Source of the DNA: Gordius albopunctatus
Lineage: Eukaryota
Length of the DNA stretch: 64,000 bases
Reading direction: 5' to 3'
Assembly: GCA_964276515.1 (NCBI GenBank)
Contig: OZ193909.1
Span: 13,640,001-13,704,000 of the forward strand
In this document: one piece after another, positions 38,557 to 49,717 of the stretch
Layout: every line of letters begins with the position of its first letter
How positions within the stretch are numbered: position 1 is the first letter of the stretch
Made by a program: the position numbers and the translations under genes
The notes under the pieces: model-generated
Told to the model about the DNA's origin: nothing
Database searches by the model: none
The model's input: only the letters and a program-made list of their open reading frames with translations

Positions 38557-41500
38557 CAATTTCCTTATTTCTAATATAATGATGCGCTAAAGGACGGTGT
38601 TATTTTTAGAAGTTGTAGCTAGTATAAAATTTGTTTCTTCTGTATAAACAAATTCTGAATTGTACTAAGCTTGAAACACAGACTTTATATTATATTTTGT
38701 GATGCCTCGTTTGTAAGTACAGTTAACAAATTATCAGTTATCAGTGGTTATCATAATAAAAGACAGACTCAAAATTACAATTTGGCAAAAGAGATGTTTT
38801 TATAATTATATTCAAACTAAGGTGAAAATACGACTCCAACTCTGTTAGCAAGCCCGACTGATGGTCTTATTCACAATATATATCAAGATTTACCATCCGG
38901 TTATGTTCACACAACCCATTTGCAGCAATCGGGCGCCCCCGTATGTAATAACAAATGGAAATTTATGTATTAAAATTGCGTTTATATATTAATATCTATT
39001 TATTAATTTTTCCTTTTTAATTTACATTTTTACTTTACAAACTTTATGTTTAAAAAGTTCTAGATGACACCCATATGAATTTTAAGTGTATAAATTTGTG
39101 TCAGCCAACTAATCTATCTAAGGCAATCAGTCGCTTATGTTTAATTTAAAGCACGTTTAAAAAATGTCTAACTGTTTGAGGTTGATTAGAAAAATTCTAG
39201 GTTTGAGGTATGCTTTAAGGGCTGCATATGACATCTCCTCTTTTTTATACTATAAACCTTTATAAACACAATATGTACAACGGTGTATTATTTTTAACAT
39301 ACTTACAAATAATTTAGCAGCAATTACAATGCTTATACATATACACAATGACAGACACTTATCACCCCATTGCCCTTAGAGGTCTTTGCTATAGTCCCGC
39401 AACACAATATCAAGGATTCAATAAATCCCGCGGAACAAATAAATAATTACATGAACCTGGATTACACAATAAATAATCGACATTCTATTATTACGCAACA
39501 TACCTCCACCCAAATGAAAGTTATTCAATTAGACACCAACAAAACCTTCTCCCCGCCTAAGCAATCTCATACGCGTGTGAAAACAAATGCAAATAACCTT
39601 AGATGTCTAGTAAAGTTGTCAGGCAACGGAACATTGAACTCACAGTATTTAAATAGTTTATCGCTTAATCGCATATTGACAATGCCAACCGATTCCGTCC
39701 ATGATAAACATCTTCAAAGGCATACAGTCAACAATCCTATACCAACCATTTCTAATCATTCTAATAAAATAATCTCCGAGTAATTTATTAATTACATTAT
39801 ATCTCTTCCCACCAATGGTTGGAGCATTCCCACAACATTTTAGAATCACACTTATTCGAAGTTGAATGGTACAAATCTAAAAATGTGAGACATCTCCTAT
39901 AATAATTGGTGGGAGAACTATGTAAATTCATTTGATATACCTGATCCAACGCTTTATTTATAATTAAGAGTTCATCGATTTACTCAAATAATTCCACTAT
40001 TGGATGCACACATAATGGAGTAATTTTAGAAGAATCTTTGATTTTTCACAAAAATCCTCAAAGCAATTTGACTGAAGTTTTAGATGCACTGCTTGGTCCA
40101 CGACATTGCAATTCGGTTATATCGTGCGTTGCAGCAAATAGTTCAATTATCGATAAAAAAATATTGCCTTAAAAGCAACATGATGGGTCAGGTATGATAA
40201 GCAATCATCCTATATATGATCAAATATGTGAATTTAGTAAATTGTAGGATTTATATTATCTGCGGACCAAGCGAAAACTTGGCTTAAAAGGAAACAGGCA
40301 TGGTTAACATATCCCAGGCATTATCTCAATATAGGTAGCTACCCCATCTTAAAATGTACATAGATAGTTCATCCTCGTATAGCCCTGACCATTAATAAAT
40401 GCAGCTTTGGATAAACCCCAATCCGTCCATTTATGTTATTTTTACATTTATCATATTGACGAAATAATGACTGTGATAGAAAAGTGTAAAAGTAACCTCG
40501 GCAACTAATTTATACCAACAAACACCTCTCGTTTTGTCATTCCACGTATAAACTATAATAACTTATGTTTAAATTCCATATGCTGATAATCGGCAAATGT
40601 TTACGTTATACATTATTATATAAATCGTTATATTTAAATAATTTACTGATTAATGTATATGTATAAATGCTTATGGGCCAGTTTTAGTCCGATGTTAATT
40701 ATATATTCACTATTATTATCATAAAAATAACGTTATTGAATTTGTTGTATGAAGATTTAATAAATTTGTTGTAATATTAAAGACTTTATTATTTATCACT
40801 TTAATAGGATCAAATTTAATGCTCTAAAAAGCATTTTCGACAAAAAGCGTTTTATGTATAAAAACTGTGTGTTTTAAGACGTTTTCTTGTCACTTCAAGA
40901 ATTATATTGTATTTTGGTGTATTTAAAATACTTTAAATGTATAATAGTGTCTAAAAAACATTTACATATAAAAGAATCTTTTCTTCGATCCTTTTCTTCT
41001 TTATCAGGCATTTAATCCCACAACCGTGGGGTTTGTTTTAATGAGTTTCTCCCCTCTCAGTCCGGTAAATTTCATGTCTTGATCAATCTTTTTCATAAAT
41101 CTGTCGACTTACTCTTTCCACGTCACTTGAGGTCCTATTCATGCTTTCCTCGTTCACTCCATGTCAGTACTTTTCGATTTAAATCATTCGTTTTCTTATT
41201 TTTGTTAATCGTGTCCACCATAGGCTGAATACTTATTTTTGTCATGAGAAAGTCATTCGTCATATGGCCGAGATTAGTATACCCCAAGCTCCACCGGATC
41301 ATTCACTCCCTGGCTTGTTGTAATAGCTTTTATTCCGTGGTAGTTTCACCTCCATAGAGTAACACCGGTCTTCAAACCATTTTTGCATTTTATTGTCGCA
41401 CATTGCACCGGATATACTTCGCTATTTAAGCCATCCTTTTTGAATCTAGGCATTGACCTCTGTTGCGCAACCTCCTTCTTGGTGTAGCATCGAGCAGATG

Positions 41501-41615
41501 TATGTAAACATGTCTATTTTGGGGTTGGTTACGCTGGTCAGTTTCATTAGGGGCTTTTATTAACGCGTACTCTACAGTCTACACTATAAACTAGACGCGA
41601 TATAATGGGGACTAA

Positions 41616-41675
41616 GAGGTATAAACAAGAGAGGGCAGTATGCGTAAACACGTAAAAAGAAAAAGCGAGCGAATG
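41616..41675 (-). repeat. 60-bp terminal repeat (3' copy)
   Basis: Exact reverse complement (60/60) of 44226-44285. Confidence 0.97.
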
Positions 41676-41697
41676 CGATGGTGTCTCTTCTTTGTGT

Positions 41698-41704
41698 TTA
41701 TATA
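41698..41704 (-). promoter_or_regulatory. Putative TATA box of the RT element
   Basis: TATATAA on the minus strand begins 29 nt upstream of the first base of the repeat (CATTC, Inr-like). Confidence 0.6.
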
Positions 41705-41712
41705 GCCCAGTG

Positions 41713-43780
41713 TCACCTATCTATGGGGGTTTCTGTTCCGTTTTCCTCTATGGTTTGGCTGGAATTTTCGTCTTCCCAAAAACCCAAATCGACTTGTTCC
41801 TCGATATTCTCCAGTTCGGGGATTGAGACGCCTTGGGGTGGTATGTTTGTGAACGTGCTAGGCACCGAGTATCTTTCCGGCGGAAATCATGTCCGTGATT
41901 GCATGTCGGCCGGGTTGTTGGTAGATGAGATCCATATTAGGTTGAAGTGCAATCGTATCAAGTGTGAGACGTCTTAAGCCGCCACAAAGTGGGCGATTAT
42001 GCTCTCCAGGACCGGGGAGTTCGAGCCCCCCTTTAGTAGGACGAAGTATGCCGTGGTCGAGTATGTCACGACTTTCGGGTATCTATATCCGTTGTAGAAA
42101 GCGTGGAGGTAGGTATATATATTGTTGCTATCGTCTCCGTGGCTGTGATGTGTCCTGCATGGACCCAAGGCAACCCGATGGCTTCTGCTGCATTTTCGAA
42201 CGATATTGAGAAGTTTTGGTCGCCCCACGTGATCCCGATGTGGCTGTCGGAGGCATCGGCGTATATCGTAGTGTCGTGGTTTTGGTACAGTGGTATTATT
42301 TGCGTTGGGACGGCCAGACACCCCTGTAATTTAGCCTGTGCGGCTGGTCTGTTGTGCGTGGTAACGTTCTTGTTTGCCGCGATGGTTTAGAATGTGCTGA
42401 ATATCCTCGACATTCCCATGAGGTTATAAAAGAAATAGTTCAGCACTCCGAGGGCTTCCAGTAGCGAGTAATCGACCGGGGGTGTTCTTGTTGACAGGAA
42501 TAAGAACAGGATATCTGCTGCATAGGTGAGCCTCCTTTGTATATCGGGTGAGCATCTGATTGAGTGTATTTCGAAATCTAAGACAAGGCCCAGATATTCT
42601 ATCGATGTTTCTGGTATAAAGGACGATTTGCTTACGTTAATGGTTAGGCCCCAATCGTTAGCCATCTCAGCTATATTGCCCAAGTCCTCCATGACATCAT
42701 TGTCTTCCTCAGAAAAGATAAGGATATCGTCTAAGTAGAGGTTATAATTGCATTTGGTGACCGCTTTCTTTACCAGGTCGGCCACTATTGTTTGTAGTAC
42801 GTAGGGGGAGAAGGATGCCCCCATCACTAGTACTTTATATTGGTACATTTTGTCCCGCCATTTGTACCCGCAGTAGCGTTTTGCGTTCTTGTGCAAGGGT
42901 ATACTGAAGAATGCAGCCTTGAGGTCTATTTTGGCTGCATAGTTGGCGACTGCTAGCTTCTTTGCTGTTAGTGGGATGGTCGCCAGTTTGACAGGGAGAT
43001 GCCTAAAATTCTTTGAGGCGTCGGATAGGACAGTGATTATGCCAGCGTCCACATTTTTATTTGCTATGAAGAAAGTTTCGGAGGTGATGGCGAGCGCTTG
43101 CGTCTCGGAGACAACCCCCGTTTACTTCATAGTCGTCAAGTAGGCTGGACTCCCCTTGAGATTTTTTTATGCCTATGGGGCCTGAACAGGCCTTCATTCC
43201 TCCTGATCTTAGGGAGGTCAAGGGGTGGCTTGAAACCTTCGAAGGCCACCTTCAGCGTAAAAGGTGACATAAGTGGGTGCGAGTTCAATCTCAATGTTTT
43301 AATGTCGAGTGGCCCTGTCGGTTTTGTTGTGGAGCCCGGGTTACCCCATAGGAAAATGGCCTTGTGGTCATTCACAAGGTTCGGGATATTCCCCGAGCCT
43401 GCGTCGCCGCCGAGGGATTCGTCGTCGTTGGGGTTGATCCGGTCGCCCACTTCGGTGGGTGGCCTTGGGTATTCCCAAGGCGACAAAGGAGGGGGCTGCG
43501 CAGGCCCTTCATTGTTGTCGTCGTTTACCGGGTGCGCTGGAGAAAAGATCTGGCTGCGGGTCTCCCTTAAAAAGTTTTTAATTTGTTGCCACCACCTGGG
43601 AGAGCCCTGATCTTTATCTCCGTTGAGAGTCGGTTCGCCATTAGGCCAGCACTCCCACCAGTCGACGGTGTCACGGATTAGTTTACGAACGCGGGGCAGG
43701 GCCGCGTTCTTTTGGAAGTGTCGGCTCGGCTTTTTGCCTCTGCCCCTGCCAGCTTCTGGAAAAAACGACTTTTTGGGGAT
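41713..43780 (-). pseudogene. pol: reverse transcriptase + RNase H, with stops and frameshifts
   Basis: RT: KIDLKAAFFSIPLH, YQYKVLVMGASFSPYVLQ, YLDDILI, IEYLGL. RNase H: IYADASDSHIG, HITATET, VVTYSTTA, WISSTNNPADMQSR. An acidic tail ends just before the TATA box. Confidence 0.9.
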
Positions 43781-44226
43781 TTAGGCATTGTGACCTCTAC
43801 GTCCTTAAATCCCATATCGGTTAGCCAGGTTGTATCGTGTTTGGCGGCTGTTGCCCAATTGTATTTGATGGCCAGGCAAAGAGTTTTGAGTTGCTTGTCG
43901 TGGGCAGCTAGCACTTCGATTGGTGAAGTAGGAAGGCATACTTGGGACATCAAGATGGCGTATTTAGCCTCGTACTTATCGCGTTTCTGTACGCGTTGAT
44001 CAGGGTCTCTTAGCAGCTCTTCGAGGCCCTGAGTGTGATTAGGTATCTCTTCGCATAAGAACGCCGGGGTCTTTGGCGGTTCAAGCGACGGTACTATCTG
44101 CACCGTTGATGACATTTGTAGAGGTGGTGGTATAGGATGAACCACCTCCGTCTGGCTTTGTGACAGGGACCCCACGATTGACATAGAGTTTTCGAGCATT
44201 GTTCTCATGGCGTCAATCTGAAGTTC
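43678..44226 (-). CDS. gag/core-like ORF1, main part
   Basis: Open frame ELQIDAMRTMLENSMSIV...LAIKYNWATAAKHD directly upstream of and overlapping pol. Function is inferred from position only. Confidence 0.55.
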   Translation of the reverse strand, partial: ELQIDAMRTMLENSMSIVGSLSQSQTEVVHPIPPPLQMSSTVQIVPSLEPPKTPAFLCEEIPNHTQGLEELLRDPDQRVQKRDKYEAKYAILMSQVCLPTSPIEVLAAHDKQLKTLCLAIKYNWATAAKHDTTWLTDMGFKDVEVTMPKSPKSRFFQKLAGAEAKSRADTSKRTRPCPAFVN

Positions 44227-44285
44227 ATTCGCTCGCTTTTTCTTTTTACGTGTTTACGCATACTGCCCTCTCTTGTTTATACCTC
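44226..44285 (+). repeat. 60-bp terminal repeat (5' copy, within the inverted segment)
   Basis: Exact reverse complement of 41616-41675. Confidence 0.97.
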
Positions 44286-44321
44286 ACTTTCTCCCTAAAA
44301 TTGACCTTTTCTCCGGGATAC

Positions 44322-44468
44322 ATGCCGAGAAACAAAGACAATAACGATGAAGACCAAGAAGCCAACCGCCTTTCCCTGTGCCCTGTTAGACCAGGGGTTC
44401 CCGGTGCGAACTCAGCGGAACTGGTAGCTCAACTAGTGGAGATGCAAAGAGAGCAGAACCGAGCGAGA
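44322..44468 (+). CDS. Probable N-terminus of ORF1 in inverted orientation
   Basis: ATG 36 nt after the repeat gives MPRNKDNNDEDQEANRLSLCPVRPGVPGANSAELVAQLVEMQREQNRAR, which is cut off at the RTE junction. Confidence 0.55.
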
Positions 44469-45734
44469 CCTTTTTGCGGCTCTCTTTGCTACCCTATACT
44501 CTTGATAATCCTACGAATTTTTTGATTTATGACATCATATATAGAATTTTTTTCTTTCGGTGAAATCTCTAATTGAATGATCCCACCACCAAAGTTGCCT
44601 ATACATAGCTTTGTATCCTTTGGTCTGTCCTAGAACCCAAATCGCTGTTTCATTTATGTCCTTAGTTAGCGTCTCTCAATCGTCGTATACGTCCCTTTGC
44701 AACTTCCTTGCATTCAAGAGTGAGGACGCTTTTTGATGATATTTATAGTTCGCTGACCTATCCTTTAGAATTTCAAATCAAATTCGAGGTTATTAACTCT
44801 TTTTATTTCAGTAAACACTTTTCTTTCAAAATCCATCATAAGTGGGTGATGGTGCCTGGCGATTTCCTCTCCCGGTATAATTTTCCAATCCTTGATACTC
44901 CATAAGTCTCTTAGCCTTATGGGCAGATAGTCAATTTGACTAAAATGCTTCCCATTTATATAAGTCGAATATAATTTTTTCGTTGATCGCCATGTCGTAA
45001 GTTTGGTAAACTTGGAGAAGTTTTTCCTTTTCTTTGTTCTTCAGACCATGCCCATAGCTTCCATGATTTCGTTAATAACTGAGGCTATTTTTCCCTAGGT
45101 CGGCGTTGAAATCCGCCTCAAAAATTAGCCTTTATTCCTGTCCTATTCCTTGTATTTCCTTTTCCAATCATAGAATATGTGTTTCTCTAATTCCATACAC
45201 CCAATTTTTGAAGCATAAGCACACATAACGGTTAAAGGCCCCCATAATCTGCAACCTTCACCCACAATAACCCGAGGAACAACGCTTAACTTCCACAACC
45301 TTGTCTTTAAACGATTCGCATAGAATGATACCGAACCCATTTCTACGATTTGATGACCCACTGTAGATTAATTTGTATGCTTCTCCTAACTCCCAAGCTT
45401 TGGTTCCGTTCCACCTCGTGTGGGCAGGCGATGTGAGACTTTCTTATTTTAGTATTTCGACCTCGATGCTGTTTCCCATCAATATTTCCCCATTCCAGCA
45501 TGTTATTCGTATCCTTCCCACAGCTAATTTCCTTGTTGTAAGTGGGGCAGTAACTTTAGTGTATTTTTCACATTGCGGAGGACGCCCTAGTTTTCTGTCG
45601 TAGAATTTTGTTTGAAACTATCATGATTTTGGAATTGGTTTTTATAGGCGGTTTCCGACCTGTCGCCAACCCTCCACTTTTTGCCCACAGACTTGGGGTT
45701 GGGACCATCGTATTTAGTATTAAAAGGATTTTTA

Positions 45735-47170
45735 TTTTGATATGTGTTGAACTAGCTTGGTAACCTACTTATAATAAATGGATCCAAACCTGAGGTTTTC
45801 CCATCACTAATCTACTGGAGACCTCTCCGGCATAAATCCAAATTTGGTGTCTCGAATTCCTAAACTCCTAAAGCTTGGTCCATCTGTAGTTGTTATCCTG
45901 AATATCATCAATAATCTTGTATATCAGTGTCATATAGCTATCGTCCACTCGTTAGGCATTTTAAGCGTTTTGAGATACTGATGCTCAGAGGCCAGAAATG
46001 CCCGGCCTGCTGCCCGAACCTGCCCACGGGCTGGGCCGGAAAACTGTCAATTTTGACTTTCGGACAGGCCCAGGCGGACACCATAACAAGATTCGGGCAA
46101 TTCGGGCTAAATGTTGTAATTAAAAGAATATATTATATTGTTTTTGTGTATAACTTGTCACTTTTTAATTTGATATTTATTGTTTGTTAATACTAGTTTT
46201 TATCCAAAAAATTAAGATAAATTTTTTTTTTAATATAATAATATTAGTGCTAAAAATTTTAAATAACACCATTTCGGGCCGGACAGCTTTTATAATTTGG
46301 GCATGGCCGGGCTGACACAAAGAAGGGTTTGGGCGGGCAGATGAATTAAAAAATCGGGCTGGGCCGGGTTCGCACAGAAAAACTTTAATAAATATGATCT
46401 CTGATCAGTATTGCCTAACGTTTTAAAGCCTTCTATTGGTATGTTGTCCGGTTCGAGAGGTTTTCTTGACTTTAGTTTACCTATAGAAAATATGACCTCC
46501 GTATCCGAGATCCAATCCGCTGGGTCTAATTCTCCTTTTACACTTTTTTGGTTTGATCTTCGACGAGGGCCCGTTTTTGATTGATAAATCGACTGTCATG
46601 TGTGAGTGCTCCATTTTGTCCCTTAATTAGCCGACATTCCAAGTAATCTTTGAAATTTCAGCCCCTTGATTCTGCGATTTTGTAGATCAATTTTTCTCCT
46701 TCCTTAGAGTTTAGTTTTCATTTATAACATAGTACACCTTGTTTTTAGCTTTCGTTATGAATTTTTTAGCTGATCTCTTACCTATTGCTTATCATTAATA
46801 TTATTGCTTTTATACCAAACATCGTATAATCTCTTCTTTTCTTGTGTACATTCTTCATTCCACCACCACGACTCTCTAAGAATTCTTTTATTGGACTTGC
46901 TTTCACCTAATATTGATCGTCCCTTTTCCCGTATCGCGCAAGCTATCATCCTCGCACGAAAAGCCTTCATGTTTCATAATTTCTTCCCGAAATTGTTGAG
47001 TATTATTCTTTAGTCTTTTCCATATTATTGTAGCAGTTACTCTTTGTACTTTTTGCTCTTTAATATATACATCACATCCCTAGAAGCCTGTGTTGGCAAG
47101 CCAATATTTCACTCATCAAACATTCTTACGAGAAAGAAATCTATCTGAGTGGTACAGTCAAAACTGTTTA
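45735..47170 (-). mobile_element. Diverged RTE-type LINE fragment (second family)
   Basis: RESWWWNEE, PDNIPIEGFK, KMPNEW and a downstream FG(F) motif. Heavily decayed. Confidence 0.75.
45986..46403. mobile_element. MITE (CAGAGG...CTCTG), same family as 2945-3681
   Basis: Termini CAGAGGCCA / TGATCTCTG with shared subterminal blocks. No clean TSD. Confidence 0.75.
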
Positions 47171-47644
47171 ATTGTAAAGCCTTGAGCCTGAAAAAAATTG
47201 CCATTAACCGATATTTCGCGATTAAACGATGGAAATAAAAGTATATGTACATTATATTAAATATTCATTTCTTACGCTTCGCAATAAAACGATATTTAAT
47301 ATAATTATATGGTTGATTTAAGGACTCGTAAATGTTTGTAAATATCCGATATTGTACTAGTAAGCGATTTGTCAATAAACGATGTTTTTGTTGCTCTTGG
47401 GGGGGAAGGGAGGGGGGGTCGGGTCCCCTGCCCCCCCCCTAGCTACGCCACTGTCTTTAACAGGTTCCGTTTGTAAAAAGTAGGGTGACCCCACCAGTAA
47501 GAAACATAAAATTGTATTTAGCTACCAAAGGTATAGCTTCTTGGATCACGAGAGTACACAAGCTCAACCCTCACTATAAGTTATTCCTAGTTCAGTTAAA
47601 TAATTTCTTATATTCTATCGTTTCACAAATGTGTTTAATTTTTC

Positions 47645-47818
47645 GGTGGCCCGTCAACTTGCCGAAAAACATCTCGCCGAATTTAATGTCCCCCGGTTGA
47701 AAAAAGGTCCCCCATTTTGTGATTGGTTGAATGGGGGACGATTTTAAATTAGGGGACCTTTTTTAACCGGGGGACATTAAATTCAGCGAGATGGTTTTCG
47801 GCGAGTTGATAGGGCACC
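47645..47818. mobile_element. Mutator-like foldback MITE
   Basis: ~70-bp imperfect TIRs beginning GGTG..CACC. Perfect 9-bp TSD TAATTTTTC at 47636-47644 and 47819-47827. Confidence 0.85.
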
Positions 47819-47987
47819 TAATTTTTCGATATTAGCATTATATGCCAGTTAAAATACAATGTTGTAGGCCGCTATATATAGTCATAAATATACGTGTCCC
47901 TAATTTATGTCTAGGTTACACCAATTCTTGCAAAATGTATTTTTTAAAAACCATTGTTATTGGTGTCCGCATAAAAACTCGATTTTT

Positions 47988-48165
47988 CATGGGCGTAGCC
48001 AAGGGGGGGGGCTGCCCCGGCCCCTCTCTAAATCCAAAATTTTGTTGAAATTTATTAAAATTATGATTAAAATTTCAAAAAAAGCTCATTTTGCCCGTCC
48101 CTAAATCATTATTGCCCCTCCCTAAACCATTTTTGCCCCTAATTCCAATGCTGGCTACGCCCATG
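47988..48165. mobile_element. Small hAT-type MITE
   Basis: CATGGGCGTAGCCA...TGGCTACGCCCATG. TSD CGATTTTT/CGATTTAC. Confidence 0.85.
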
Positions 48166-48730
48166 CGATTTACAATTTAATAAAATAAACCTCAAATTCT
48201 AAATGTAGCCTTATTTTGCTAAAAAATAATTCAAATAACTTTCCCCTTATAAAAGCTTTTCATTAAAAAAAGAAAAGAGCGTTAGGTTGTTATAAAATAA
48301 TTATTTTTTATGGCTTGCTGGTTCGGGTTCACTTTGGGCAGGGCTCAAGACCGTGCATTTGGCTCGACTTTAGTCAAAAGGCCCAATTTTTTGATTAAAT
48401 TTGATGCGCCCTGAATAGCGCTAGGCCCGATGGTTCTCCAGGTTGTACGTGAAGGAGGTTAAGCACTGATGATCCTAGGTCGGGCTATGGTTAAAAATTA
48501 AAATGCATGTAGTCGAACGTTGAAATTTTACAGGAACGTTCACAAAATAGGCGACTATTTATTAGCCTACTAAAGTTTATCAAATTTTATATAATGGTGT
48601 ATAATGTGTGAAGCTGTTATAGTTCATTATTAAATCAAAAAATTTTAGGATTTATGATATTTTAGAATGGTGTAGAGGTTATTATTTTAAGCTTCCCACT
48701 TTTAGCTCATAAATTTCTAGCGATCCCTGC

Positions 48731-49717
48731 GGCAGGCCTGCTCGCGAGAGGGTAAAAATGGGTTTAAAAGAAAAATTTTAATAGACCGGGCTCGGGCGAG
48801 CCAAACAAGCTTATTGACCGGCTTGGGCGGGCAATTTTTATCACGGACCAGAACGGGCCTTAAATTCTGTAAACGGTCATGACATTCAAATTAACCTACC
48901 CCAAAGGGGTTTTTATTTTTTTAGTATTGATTCTTGGTACTATAAACAAAATACTTGTATCACAAAATATAATTTGATAGCCTTACTCCGTATATGAAAA
49001 TGGAAATGGTGTTTATATTTATTTAATAATAGCTCGTTAGGAGGTCATTTTGCATTCCGTGCTATATTAAAAAATTTGTACTTATTTTATTTCATATTAT
49101 ATAACTACACTTTTACATAACTTATTATTGTAGCTTTTTTATTTAAAATTAATTAATATGCAGTCTGGGCGTAACCAGGCTTTGGAATAGGGGGGGGGGC
49201 AAAACATAAATTTTTTTAATTTTTAAGACTTTTTGCATTGAAGTGAAACTCTGGACATCTGGCTGGATATCTAATAACATAAAGATCCTTAACATTTAGC
49301 ATTCATTCGATAAAAAAAGCAGGGTAAAATGTTAAAAATCTGATTTTGTACAAATCATAAAGAAATTAGCTTTAAACATTTATATGGATCAAGGCGTAGA
49401 TTATAGTCAAACCCCTAAAAATCTCCCACTATTCATTTGCTCGGGATATCCTATAATATCTTTAAAATCGCAATAAATGTTGCATACATTTTAGATTCAT
49501 CAATGGGCCAGGCCCGAACGAGCCAATATTTGTATAAAAAAACCGGGCCTGAAGTGGGAAAAAATCACTGATGGGCCGAGCCAGGCGTGTATTTTCCAAA
49601 TGAGTACGGATGGACTTGAAATGAACAAAATAAGTTAGGGAGGGGCTCGGACGGGCCTGAAAGTTTAACAGGTAAGGCAGGGCCGACCTTCTGAAAACGG
49701 CCCGTCGCAGATCTCTA
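48731..49717. mobile_element. Non-autonomous hAT-like element with the left TIR missing
   Basis: Right end GCAGATCTCTA, GGGC-rich subterminal blocks at both ends, flanked by ATCCCTGC at 48723-48730 and 49718-49725. Confidence 0.65.

Larger units (their letters stand above)
41571..44468 (-). mobile_element. DIRS/hepadnavirus-class (HEART-like) RT-RNase H retroelement or endogenous viral element, no integrase or recombinase seen, 5' end inverted
   Basis: GC content rises sharply. Contains a gag-like ORF, RT, RNase H, a 60-bp terminal repeat and a TATA box (see sub-features). Confidence 0.75.
40978..45710 (-). mobile_element. RTE LINE copy 2 (parts 40978-41570 and 44469-45710), with the centre replaced by a foreign RT element
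   Basis: 41015-41570 aligns with 7175-7774/11982-11992, and 44469-45710 aligns with 13085-14372. GAA-rich tail at the left end. Confidence 0.9.

Noticed and set aside
41678..43999. Plus-strand ORFs (41678, 41964, 42103, 42526, 42943, 43098, 43364, 43712) as extra genes such as an envelope
   Set aside because: They are antisense shadows of the GC-richer pol/ORF1 with no recognisable motifs, and many start at non-ATG codons.
41616..44285. Canonical DIRS1 element with inverted terminal repeats
   Set aside because: No tyrosine recombinase and no internal complementary region were seen. Element sequence continues beyond the right repeat in the opposite coding orientation.
41571..44468. Penelope-like element (inverted 5' pLTR)
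   Set aside because: The RT motifs and attached RNase H are not PLE-like, and no GIY-YIG domain was seen.
45974..46411. ATACTGAT/ATCAGTAT around the MITE as a TSD or extended TIR
   Set aside because: The match is inverted and offset, and both flanks translate as LINE coding sequence, so it is probably coincidental.
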